A stretch of DNA of 51,748 bases from Duganella sp. GTDB taxonomy: Bacteria; Pseudomonadota; Gammaproteobacteria; Burkholderiales; Burkholderiaceae_D. The stretch covers positions 1-51,748 of the forward strand of contig DASVTJ010000047.1 in assembly GCA_036387635.1 (NCBI GenBank). Reading direction: 5' to 3'. Position numbers and translations under genes: made by a program. The first letter of the stretch is position 1; each line of letters starts with the position of its first letter. The notes beneath the pieces were generated by a model that did no database searches, was not told the origin of the DNA, and was given only the letters and a program-made list of their open reading frames with translations. Shown here piece after piece: positions 29,127 to 38,147 of this stretch.

Positions 29127-30240
29127 TCCAAACCGCATCCGGCGGCTGCTGGCGATGTTGCCGGCGGCGGCGCTGCTTGGCGCCTGCGGCAAGGCCGGCA
29201 AGACCGACGAATCCGGCGTGCACAACGCCGCCGCCACGCCGGTCGACCTGTCCAAGGTCACCGTGGTGCTTGGCGATCAGGTCAAGCTGCTGCGCACCAA
29301 GGCGGAAGCAGCCGGCGTGCTGGCCGACGTGCCTTACAAAATACAATGGGCCAGCTTCCAGGGGGCCGCGCCGCTGTTCGAGGCGGTGGTGTCGGGCGAT
29401 GTCGATACCGCGATGGCGGCCGACACCCCGGCACTGGCGGCGGCGGCCGGCGGCGCCCGCGTCAAGGTGGTGGCGGCCAGCGTGACATCGCCGACCGGCG
29501 TGGCGATACTGGTGCCGCCCGGTTCGCCGATCAAATCCGTGGCCGACCTCAAAGGCCGCAATGTCATCGTGTCGTCGGCGCGCGGCAGCGTCGCGCACTA
29601 CCTGTTGTTCGGCGCTTTGCGCGAAGCGGGCCTGGGGCCGGACGAAGTGACGACCGGATTCCTGCTGCCGAGCGACGCCGCCGTCGCCTTTTCGAGCGGG
29701 AAGATCGAAGCCTGGGCAACCTTCGGTACCTATCAGGCCAACGCGGAAATCCATGGCGCGCGCGTGCTGCGCGACGGCGTTGGCATCAACTCGGGCATTG
29801 GCGTGATCGCCGCCTCCGATGCGGCGCTGGCCGATCCCGGCAAGCGCGCCGCATTGGCCGATGTGCTGCGGCGCCTGGCGTTGTCCAATACATGGGCCAA
29901 CGCCCACCCAAAGGAGTACGCCGAAGTGTTCCAGCGCCTGACAGGCTTGCCGGCCGATGTCGTCAAGCTGGTGGTGGACCGCGACCGCCCGCAACTGCGC
30001 GCCGTCGACCAGCAGATCATCACCCAATTGCAGCAGGTGGCCGATACATTTTTCGAAGCGAAGCTGTTCCCGCGCCGGGTCGATGCCAGCCGGCTGGTGG
30101 ACGCCACGCTGTTCCGGCCGGACGACGATAAGGTCGGCGGCCGGTCCATCTATTCCGGAGGGCCGCATCCGCTGTATGATCGACCGCTGAATATCGGCCG
30201 CGCGCCGCAGGGCATATCTGAAACAAGGAAAACGCTATGA
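29116..30240 (+). CDS. SsuA-like ABC substrate-binding lipoprotein
   Basis: ATG 29116 overlaps the receptor end; IRRLL...LLGAC lipobox; GSVAHYLL, LQQVADTF. Confidence 0.85.
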   Translation: MTSDPNRIRRLLAMLPAAALLGACGKAGKTDESGVHNAAATPVDLSKVTVVLGDQVKLLRTKAEAAGVLADVPYKIQWASFQGAAPLFEAVVSGDVDTAMAADTPALAAAAGGARVKVVAASVTSPTGVAILVPPGSPIKSVADLKGRNVIVSSARGSVAHYLLFGALREAGLGPDEVTTGFLLPSDAAVAFSSGKIEAWATFGTYQANAEIHGARVLRDGVGINSGIGVIAASDAALADPGKRAALADVLRRLALSNTWANAHPKEYAEVFQRLTGLPADVVKLVVDRDRPQLRAVDQQIITQLQQVADTFFEAKLFPRRVDASRLVDATLFRPDDDKVGGRSIYSGGPHPLYDRPLNIGRAPQGISETRKTL

Positions 30241-30827
30241 GTACGTCATCGGGTTTCGAGACACCGGCACGGCTGCTGCATTTCGTCGAGGCGCTGGGCC
30301 GGGTATTGGATGAAGTGAACAAGGAGCCGAACGCAAACGAGGCGGGGATCGTCGCGCGGGGCTCCGAGCTGCTGCGCCATCTGGTGGCACAAGACGACTG
30401 GTTGCCGCAGCGGGCCGCGCTGCCGGACCCGCAGTATTACCGCCAGTATCTGCTGTACCGCGATCCGGCCGGGCGCTTCTCGGTGGTCAGCTTTGTTTGG
30501 GGACCTGGCCAATCGACACCGATTCACGACCACACGGTGTGGGGTCTGATCGGCCTGTTGCGCGGCGCGGAGATCTCGCAGCACTACCGGCGGCGTGCCG
30601 ACGGCCGGCTCGAAAAGGCGGGCGAGCCGCAGCGGCTGGAAACCGGTGTGGTCACCGCCGTGTCGCCGACGCTCGGTGATATCCACCAAGTCTTCAATGC
30701 CTACGACGACCGCATCTCGGTCGGCATCCACGTCTATGGCGCCGACATCGGCGCCGTGGACCGCAGCGTGTTCACGCCGGAAGGCGCGGCCAAGCCGTTC
30801 CGTTCCGGCTACGCCAATGCCGCCTGA
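30237..30827 (+). CDS. Gln-type thiol dioxygenase (3-mercaptopropionate dioxygenase-like, CDO family)
   Basis: YRQYLLY (Gln type), WGPGQSTPIHDH, DIHQV, IHVYG cupin motifs. Confidence 0.88.
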   Translation: MSTSSGFETPARLLHFVEALGRVLDEVNKEPNANEAGIVARGSELLRHLVAQDDWLPQRAALPDPQYYRQYLLYRDPAGRFSVVSFVWGPGQSTPIHDHTVWGLIGLLRGAEISQHYRRRADGRLEKAGEPQRLETGVVTAVSPTLGDIHQVFNAYDDRISVGIHVYGADIGAVDRSVFTPEGAAKPFRSGYANAA

Positions 30828-30875
30828 GCGGTCCCGAAATCAGCGTATTCATAAAGTCCAGAGAGTACAAATCCC

Positions 30876-32495
30876 ATGACAAAAAATCTGCCGCAAACCG
30901 GCCTGCTTGGCTTCCCTTACCGCAGCCCCCGACAAGTGCGCGACGAGCTGCTGGCGCGCCGCGAGATCGCGCTGCTCGACGTGCGCGAAGAAGATCCGCA
31001 CGCGCAGGCGCATCCGCTGTTCGCCGCCAATCTGCCGTACGGCCGCATCGAACTCGACGCCTACACCAAGCTGCCGCGCCGCGATGTGCCGATCGTGGTG
31101 CTGGACGGCGGCGAAGGCCTGGCGGTATCGGCCGCCAGCCGGCTGCGCCAAATAGGTTATAGCGACGTTTCGCTGCTGGCGGGCGGCGTCGCCGGCTGGC
31201 AGGCCGCCGGCGGCGAGTTGTTCCGCGACGTGAATGTGCCCAGCAAGGCCTTCGGTGAACTGGTGGAAGCGAAGCGCCACACGCCATCGCTGTCGGCGCC
31301 CGAAGTCAATGCGCTGATCGAGGCCGGCGCCGACATCGTCATCCTCGACGCGCGCCGCTACGAGGAATACCAGACCATGAGCATTCCGGGCAGTGTCAGC
31401 GTTCCCGGCGCCGAGCTGGCGCTGCGCGCGCACGCGCTGGCGCCAAACCCGAAGACACAAATCATCGTCAACTGCGCCGGCCGCACCCGCAGCATCATCG
31501 GCACGCAATCGCTGATTAATGCCGGAATTCCCAATCCGGTTGCTGCGCTGCGCAACGGTACCATCGGCTGGACCCTGGCACGGCAGAAGCTCGAGCACGG
31601 ACAGTCGCGCGGCTACCCTGAAGCGACCGAAACCGGCCGGCGGACCGCCGCCGCCAACGCCAGGGCACTCGCCGATCGCACCGGCGTGCGGCGCCTCGAC
31701 CACGCGTCGCTCGAACGGCTGCGTGCCGATGCCGCCCGCACCATCTACCTGTTCGACGTACGCAGCCCGGTTGAATACCGCGTTGGACGTCTGGCCGGCT
31801 TCCGCTCCGCTCCGGGTGGCCAACTGGTACAGGAAACCGAACAATTCGCGCCGGTGCGCGGCGCCCGCATTGTGCTGGCCGACAGCGACCGCGTACGCGC
31901 CAACCTGACCGCGCACTGGCTGGCGCAGATGAACCACGAGGTGTACGTGGTCGACGGCCTGCGGGCATCCGACTTCAATGTCACCGCGCCGTGGTCCGAC
32001 GAACTGCCGCCGCATCCCGAGGTGCGCGAGATCGGCAGCGACGCGCTGGCGCGGTGGCTCGCCGACGCGCCGGCGGAGACGGTGGTGCTGGACTTCACCT
32101 CCGGCGTGAATTACCAAAAGCGCCATATCGCGGGCGCTTGGTTCGCGCTGCGCTCCGAGCTGCCGGCGGTCGTGTCGAAACTTGCGCCGGGCGCCAAACG
32201 CTTCGTGCTCACGTGCGGCAGCAGCCTGCTGGCGCGTTACGTGGCGGGCGATCTGCGGGCGCTGACCGATCTTCCGATCCATGTGCTCACCGGTGGCACC
32301 GCCGCCTGGGCCGCCGCCGGGCAGCCGCTGGAAGAGGGGCCGACCCGCCTGGCGTCGCCGCTGATCGACCGCTATCGCCGGCCGTATGAGGGTACCGACA
32401 ATCAGTCGGAGGCCATGCAGGCTTACCTCGATTGGGAATTCGGGCTGGTCGAGCAGCTCGGGCGCGATGCCACGCATGGCTTTGTAGTGGTTTAA
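30876..32495 (+). CDS. Four-domain rhodanese-like sulfurtransferase
   Basis: Four repeats (LLDVRE, ILDARR, LFDVRS, VLDFTS); Cys loops VNCAGRTRS and LTCGSS in domains 2 and 4; MQAYLDWE C-terminal motif. Confidence 0.9.
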   Translation: MTKNLPQTGLLGFPYRSPRQVRDELLARREIALLDVREEDPHAQAHPLFAANLPYGRIELDAYTKLPRRDVPIVVLDGGEGLAVSAASRLRQIGYSDVSLLAGGVAGWQAAGGELFRDVNVPSKAFGELVEAKRHTPSLSAPEVNALIEAGADIVILDARRYEEYQTMSIPGSVSVPGAELALRAHALAPNPKTQIIVNCAGRTRSIIGTQSLINAGIPNPVAALRNGTIGWTLARQKLEHGQSRGYPEATETGRRTAAANARALADRTGVRRLDHASLERLRADAARTIYLFDVRSPVEYRVGRLAGFRSAPGGQLVQETEQFAPVRGARIVLADSDRVRANLTAHWLAQMNHEVYVVDGLRASDFNVTAPWSDELPPHPEVREIGSDALARWLADAPAETVVLDFTSGVNYQKRHIAGAWFALRSELPAVVSKLAPGAKRFVLTCGSSLLARYVAGDLRALTDLPIHVLTGGTAAWAAAGQPLEEGPTRLASPLIDRYRRPYEGTDNQSEAMQAYLDWEFGLVEQLGRDATHGFVVV

Positions 32496-32675
32496 CCAAT
32501 CTTCCTTGCATCAAGCGCAACTGACTGCCTCACTTAGTCGATGCATGCGTTGCGTTTTGGTTGCAGCGCAACGTAAATATCGTCATAGTTGTCTTGCGGT
32601 AACAAGGTTCCCGCTATACTCGAATGTGGCCGGGTAATGGTCGAACCCTTTAACACTTTTATGAGATAAGTCACC

Positions 32676-34406
32676 ATGACAATTACAAAGCGCTTGATCT
32701 TGACGCTGTCATTGGCGCTACTGGCGCTGATCTTCGTCGGCTTCACCGGGTTGAATCAGCTGTCGCGCGCCCAAGCGCGGCTGGACATGGTGCAAACCCG
32801 TTTGATCCCCAGTATCGCAGGCCTGAACGAGGCCAAAGGCTACGTCGCAGACAGCCGTCTGGCCGGCTACCGCCTGTCGGTGTTCTCCAACCTCACCGAT
32901 AAAACGGCACTGGACAAGGCTTACAACGACTCCCACACAAAGTTCGATACGGTCATTTCGACCTACGAAAAAGAGCGCATCTTCGACGACACCGACCGTA
33001 AGATGCTGGAGGCCGACAAGGCCAACATGGCGGCCTATCGCCAGGCGCTGATTCCGTTCTTGGCCGGCGCCCACGCCGGCGACATGGACGCGGTGCGCGC
33101 CACGCTGTTGGCCGGAACGCCACTGGCGCTGACCGCCGGCGCGCTCAAAAAAGGGTTCGACGACCATATCGCCTATAACAACAAGCTGATTGAAGATATC
33201 CGCGTCGAGAGCACGGCCGCCTACTCGTTCGCTTTCCGCCTGATGTTGTCGGTGATCGTGCTTGGCCTGCTGGTGACCGGCGCGCTGGCCTGGCAACTGT
33301 ACAGCATCATCAAGAACAGCCTGGAAAGCATCCGCAGCACGCTGGTCAACGTCAGCCAGTCGCTGGACCTGACGCAGAAGATCCCGGTCCAACGCATGGA
33401 CGAAATCGGCCACACGGCGGTCGCCTTCAACAAACTGCTGGAGCGGATCGCCGGCGTTATCGACACCGTGCGCTCCGCCACCAGCGCGGTCGGTACCGCT
33501 TCGCAGCAGATCGCGTCGGGCACCGGCGACCTGTCGAACCGCACTTCGTCGCAGGCCGCCTCGCTGGAGGAAACCGCCGCCAGCATGGAGCAGTTGACGT
33601 CCACCGTCGGCCAGAACGCCGACAACGCGCGCCAGGCCAACCAGCTGGCGCGGTCGGCGTCGGACGTGGCGGCGCAAGGCGGCACTGTGGTCGAGCAGGT
33701 CGTGGTGACCATGGGTTCGATCAACGAATCGTCGCGCAAGATCGTCGACATCATTTCGGTCATCGACGGTATCGCCTTCCAGACCAACATCCTGGCCCTG
33801 AACGCGGCGGTCGAAGCGGCGCGCGCCGGTGAACAGGGTCGCGGTTTCGCGGTCGTGGCGACCGAGGTGCGCAACCTGGCACAGCGCTCGGCCGCCGCCG
33901 CCAAGGAGATCAAGGCGCTGATCGACGACTCGGTCGAGAAAGTCGGCTCCGGCACCAAGCTGGTCGAGCAGGCCGGTTCGACGATGAACGAAGTCGTCGC
34001 CAGCATCAAGCAGGTGACCGACATCGTCGGCGAGATCAGCGCCGCGACCCAGGAGCAGAACGACGGCATCGCCCAGGTGCACCAGTCGATCACGCAGATG
34101 GACGAAACCACGCAGCAGAACTCCGCCCTGGTGGAACAGACGGCGGCGGCAGCGCAAACCCTGCGCGACCAGGCCGACGCGCTGGAGCAAGTGGTCAGCG
34201 CCTTTACCATCGGCGCGCCGCAAGCGAGCTATGCGCCGCCGGCCCGTCCGACCCGTCCGGCCGCACGCGGCAGCGCCGTGGCTGCGTTGCCGAAAACCGC
34301 TCGTCCGAAGACTGCCGCGAAGCCGGCGCCGAAGCCGTTGGCCGCTGCTCCAAAGCAGAAGACCACTGCGGCGGCGACGTCCAGCGGGGAGTGGGAAGAG
34401 TTCTGA
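32676..34406 (+). CDS. Methyl-accepting chemotaxis protein
   Basis: Two TMs, HAMP, IAFQTNILALNAAVEAARAGEQGRGFAVVA, C-terminal pentapeptide EWEEF. Confidence 0.96.
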   Translation: MTITKRLILTLSLALLALIFVGFTGLNQLSRAQARLDMVQTRLIPSIAGLNEAKGYVADSRLAGYRLSVFSNLTDKTALDKAYNDSHTKFDTVISTYEKERIFDDTDRKMLEADKANMAAYRQALIPFLAGAHAGDMDAVRATLLAGTPLALTAGALKKGFDDHIAYNNKLIEDIRVESTAAYSFAFRLMLSVIVLGLLVTGALAWQLYSIIKNSLESIRSTLVNVSQSLDLTQKIPVQRMDEIGHTAVAFNKLLERIAGVIDTVRSATSAVGTASQQIASGTGDLSNRTSSQAASLEETAASMEQLTSTVGQNADNARQANQLARSASDVAAQGGTVVEQVVVTMGSINESSRKIVDIISVIDGIAFQTNILALNAAVEAARAGEQGRGFAVVATEVRNLAQRSAAAAKEIKALIDDSVEKVGSGTKLVEQAGSTMNEVVASIKQVTDIVGEISAATQEQNDGIAQVHQSITQMDETTQQNSALVEQTAAAAQTLRDQADALEQVVSAFTIGAPQASYAPPARPTRPAARGSAVAALPKTARPKTAAKPAPKPLAAAPKQKTTAAATSSGEWEEF

Positions 34407-34431
34407 TGGAGCGCCGGCCGCGCTGACTGCG

Positions 34432-34464
34432 AGTTAGCGTCCAATTAGCGTCCAGTTAGCGTCC
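34432..34464. repeat. 3 x 11-bp tandem repeat
   Basis: AGTTAGCGTCC AATTAGCGTCC AGTTAGCGTCC. Confidence 0.85.
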
Positions 34465-34502
34465 GCCGCGCTTTTTTAGTCCGCGCTACAATCCAGAGAC
34501 CG

Positions 34503-34531
34503 ACGCGCCACGCTCCCGTGGCGCGTTTTTT
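34503..34531 (+). terminator. Intrinsic terminator-like hairpin with U-tract just upstream of the AKR RBS
   Basis: ACGCGCCACG-CTCC-CGTGGCGCGT followed by a T run. Confidence 0.65.
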
Positions 34532-34549
34532 ACTTTCTGGAGGCTGTCA

Positions 34550-35575
34550 ATGGATCATAATCGTCTGGGAAAATCAGGCCTGCGCGTGCCTGAACTGAGC
34601 TTTGGCACGGCTACTTTTGGAGGTGGCAACGACTTCTTCAAAGCTTGGGGCAGCACCGACGCGGGCGGCGCGTCGCGCTTGATCGATATCTGCCTGGAAC
34701 ACGGCGTATCGATGTTCGACACCGCCGACGTCTATTCGGACGGCTTGGCGGAGGAGGTGCTCGGCCAGGCCATCAAAGGCAAGCGCAATCGGCTGCTCAT
34801 CTCCACCAAAGTCACTTTCCCCACCGGCGACGGCGCCAACGACTTTGGCTCGTCGCGTCAACATTTGATCGAAGCGGTCGACAAAAGCCTGCACCGCCTC
34901 GGCGTCGACCATATCGACCTGCTGCAACTGCACGGCCAGGACTACAACACGCCGGTGGAAGAGACGCTGTCCACGCTCGACCAGCTGGTCCGGGACGGCA
35001 AGGTGCGTTACATCGGCGGTTCGAATTTCTCCGGCTGGCACATGATGAAATCGCTGGCGGTGTCGGAGCGCTACGGCTATCCGCGCCACGTCGCGCACCA
35101 GATCTACTACTCGCTGCTGAACCGCGATTACGAATGGGAGCTGGCGCCGCTGGCCGAGGACCAGGGCATCGGCGCGATGGTCTGGAGCCCGCTGGGCTGG
35201 GGTAAATTGACCGGCAAGATCCGGCGCGGGCAGCCGGCCAAGCCGGGCACGCGCGCGCACGACATCGCCGGCACCGGCCCGCATTACGACGAGGAGCGCC
35301 TGTTCCGCATCGTCGAGGCGCTGGACGTGGTGGCCGAGCAAACCGGCAAGACGGTGCCGCAGGTGGCGCTGAACTGGCTGCTCGGTAAAAAGACCATTTC
35401 CAGCGTCATCATCGGCGCGCGTGACGAGCAGCAACTGATCGACAACATCGGCGCCACCGGCTGGCGCCTGAGCGCGGAACAAAACGCGCTGCTGGAAGCG
35501 GCCAGCGACGTTGCGCCGGCCTATCCGGTATGGCACCAGCGCGGGTTCAAGATGCTGAACGAGCGCGCCGGCTGA
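34550..35575 (+). CDS. Aldo/keto reductase
   Basis: LGKSGLRV, FDTADVYS, ISTK, IDLLQLH, GKVRYIG.SN, WSPL. Confidence 0.95.
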   Translation: MDHNRLGKSGLRVPELSFGTATFGGGNDFFKAWGSTDAGGASRLIDICLEHGVSMFDTADVYSDGLAEEVLGQAIKGKRNRLLISTKVTFPTGDGANDFGSSRQHLIEAVDKSLHRLGVDHIDLLQLHGQDYNTPVEETLSTLDQLVRDGKVRYIGGSNFSGWHMMKSLAVSERYGYPRHVAHQIYYSLLNRDYEWELAPLAEDQGIGAMVWSPLGWGKLTGKIRRGQPAKPGTRAHDIAGTGPHYDEERLFRIVEALDVVAEQTGKTVPQVALNWLLGKKTISSVIIGARDEQQLIDNIGATGWRLSAEQNALLEAASDVAPAYPVWHQRGFKMLNERAG

Positions 35576-35584
35576 TGTCCCGCG

Positions 35585-37684
35585 TCAGAAGGTTTTGATC
35601 AGTGTCGCCCGCAGCGAGCGCGATTCGATCGGGTGGAAGTGGATGTCGGTCGTCGGCGCCGCTTCGCCCTTCAGCTGCGAGGCGTAGTAGTAGTCGATGG
35701 CGGAATCGCGGCGGTTCGTCAGGTTGAACGCCTCCAGCTCCAGCGACAGGTCCCGCGCAATCTTCCAGCCCAGCCGGCCGTTCAACGTCAGGCTGGCATT
35801 GGAGCGTACGCTGTTGTCTTCGATCAGCGGACGCGGGCCGAAGTAGCGCAGCTTCAGCGAACCTGAAAACGGTCCGCCGTCATCGACCGTCACCGCCAGT
35901 TGGCCGGTGCCTTCGATTGCACCCGCAATGCGGTTGCCATCGGGTGTATCGCCTCGGGTGCGCGCGCGTGCGTAGGCCAGGTCCAAGTCGACCGACAGCC
36001 ACTTCAGCGGCTTGTAGTAATTCGAGAATTCCACGCCGTAGCGGCGGCTCGGCGGACCCGCCTCGGTGGTGCCGGCGTCGCCGACGAAGGTCAGCTCGGA
36101 ATCGAAATCCAGACGGTACAGCGACAGCGACGATTGCAGGCCCGGCAGCCAGGTGCTGCGTGCACCCAGTTCCATGCCGCGCGAGCGTACCAGCGGCGTG
36201 ACCTTGTCGGTGGCAAAGCCGGTCTTCGGGTCGATGCTGATGGTGGCGCCGCGCGCGTCGTTGCTATGGAAGCCGCTGCCGATGTTGGCGTACAGCTCCG
36301 CCGTCTTCCATGGTCCGTAGATCAGGCTCAGACTCGGACTGACTAGATGGTCGTTGGCCTTGCCGGAATTGGCCGCCAGATCGCTGCGCACGTCGAAGCG
36401 GTAACTGTCCACCCGCGCGCCGGCCACGGTGCGCCAATCGTCATTCCAGCGCGTGCTGTTTTCGACAAACAGTCCGGCGCTCGATTCGACGATATGGTCT
36501 TCGCGCGTGGTCGATACGCGTTGGCGCGCCTGCGTGTTGTACAGGCCATTGAAGATGTTATCGTTTTGCAGTTGCACGCCGACGGTGGTTTCGCTGTTCC
36601 AGCTGCCGCCGTGCTGGTGCCAGCTGTGGCTCGCATTCAGGCCGCTGGTTACGCGTTTGTCCGGCTGCGCGAACTGGTCGCCGCGCAGCGGGTCGTCCAT
36701 GAAGTAGGTGAAGTTGGAGAACAGGTCCAGCCGGTTGCCGATGATGTAGGCGTTGACCTTGGACGCGCTGTCCTCGGTCGTGCGGCGCCAGGCGCCCGAA
36801 AGGCTGTAGCGGTGCGCGCTGCCGCCATCGGTGGTGTCGATGGCGCCATAGCGGCCGATCTGGCCGTCCTGGATGGCGCGCAGTGGGATCTGATCGGTCG
36901 CGTTCCAGTCGGCGCGATACGCCATCAAGCTGACGTTGAAGCCGTTGTTGGCATAGCCCTCGCTGTAGCGCAGCACCGCGTTCAGCTTCTGGTAGTTGTC
37001 CCCATTGTCGAAGGGGCCGTCGTTGTGCAGCACTTCCAGCGCGAACAGCAGGCTGCCGCGCGGCAGGTCGACCGAGTCCGCAACCAGCGCGCGGCCGTAG
37101 CCGTTCTGGCCGGCCGATACGCTGGCCACTCCCTGCGTGAGCCGGTTGGCGTACACCACCGACGCCGCGCCGGCGGATGCGAAGTCGCCATTCTCGGCGG
37201 AGTACGGGCCTTTTTTGTAATCGAGGCGCACGGCCAGTTCCGGCATCAGGAAATTGAGGTCGGTCCAGCCCTGGCCATGCGCGTGGCTGCGCTGATTGAC
37301 CGGCATGTCGTCGACCGTCGTGCGCAGGTCGGTGCCGTGGTCCAGATTGAAACCGCGCAGATAAAACTGATTGGCTTTCCCTTCGCCGCTATGCTGGCTG
37401 ACGATCAGGCCCGGCGTGGCCTCCAGCAGCTCGCCGGGGCGGTAGACGGTGCGCGCGGCCAGCTCCTGTTGCGACACGCTGCCGGCGCTGGCCGCATCGG
37501 CCAGGCCAAGCTGGTTGGCGCGCGAGCCGTCGACGGTCACGCGTTGCAGCAGGTCGTCAGCGTGGACCGGCAACTGGTGCAGCATAGTAGCCAAGGCCAC
37601 GGCCAGGGAGGAAAGGGGTAGCCGCCTAGCGGGCGGTTTGATCGATGCTGCCTTGATCGAAGATGAGGGTTTGGACGGTGCCAT
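35585..37684 (-). CDS. TonB-dependent receptor with a His-rich plug (start uncertain, may lie nearer 37600)
   Basis: QHSGEGKANQFYLRGFNLDHGTD, SHAHGQG, IHFHP, terminal Phe; the longest ORF overlaps the upstream gene by 59 nt. Confidence 0.88.
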   Translation of the reverse strand: MAPSKPSSSIKAASIKPPARRLPLSSLAVALATMLHQLPVHADDLLQRVTVDGSRANQLGLADAASAGSVSQQELAARTVYRPGELLEATPGLIVSQHSGEGKANQFYLRGFNLDHGTDLRTTVDDMPVNQRSHAHGQGWTDLNFLMPELAVRLDYKKGPYSAENGDFASAGAASVVYANRLTQGVASVSAGQNGYGRALVADSVDLPRGSLLFALEVLHNDGPFDNGDNYQKLNAVLRYSEGYANNGFNVSLMAYRADWNATDQIPLRAIQDGQIGRYGAIDTTDGGSAHRYSLSGAWRRTTEDSASKVNAYIIGNRLDLFSNFTYFMDDPLRGDQFAQPDKRVTSGLNASHSWHQHGGSWNSETTVGVQLQNDNIFNGLYNTQARQRVSTTREDHIVESSAGLFVENSTRWNDDWRTVAGARVDSYRFDVRSDLAANSGKANDHLVSPSLSLIYGPWKTAELYANIGSGFHSNDARGATISIDPKTGFATDKVTPLVRSRGMELGARSTWLPGLQSSLSLYRLDFDSELTFVGDAGTTEAGPPSRRYGVEFSNYYKPLKWLSVDLDLAYARARTRGDTPDGNRIAGAIEGTGQLAVTVDDGGPFSGSLKLRYFGPRPLIEDNSVRSNASLTLNGRLGWKIARDLSLELEAFNLTNRRDSAIDYYYASQLKGEAAPTTDIHFHPIESRSLRATLIKTF

Positions 37685-38147
37685 CGGTTTGCAGGTTCAC
37701 TGTGTTCTTTTGCGAAGGCAGGAAGTCTATCAGCAGCGCGTTGTGAATGCGAGTGCCGGGTTGCAGTCTTGTGCCGGCGATCTCCTGGAAGATGACGACG
37801 CTGTCCGCGTCGGCCTTGACGCCGATCCATTGCAGCGGCAGGCGCTGTTTGTCCGGCCCTGCAAGATAGAACTGCTTTTCGACGTAGCGGCGTAGCAGTG
37901 GTTCGCTGTCCGGCCGGCCCAGATCGAAACCGCGGCCATACAGATTGGTGAGCAGCGTGGAGAGATCGTGCGACGTGTAAGTGTGCACGATCTCCGTGTT
38001 ACCGGTGCGCTCGTTGTAGCTGATGTCCGCTATGCCCATGTGAAAATTATGGGCGCCCGCCGCCGCGCTGGCAAAAGCCAGCATGGCGGCGGGAAGCAGG
38101 CGCAAGACGCGGCTCAGCACATTGCGACGTAAAACGCGCGGCATCAT
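37626..38147 (-). CDS. Secreted protein with an N-terminal His motif (DUF6702-like)
   Basis: Signal peptide ending AGA followed by HNFH; ATGA coupling to the M1 peptidase. Confidence 0.75.
   Translation of the reverse strand: MMPRVLRRNVLSRVLRLLPAAMLAFASAAAGAHNFHMGIADISYNERTGNTEIVHTYTSHDLSTLLTNLYGRGFDLGRPDSEPLLRRYVEKQFYLAGPDKQRLPLQWIGVKADADSVVIFQEIAGTRLQPGTRIHNALLIDFLPSQKNTVNLQTDGTVQTLIFDQGSIDQTAR

Noticed and set aside
30118-30240. ~40-aa extra tail on the lipoprotein binding protein
   Set aside because: Could be stop-codon loss running to the next gene; no motif and no support without orthologue alignment.
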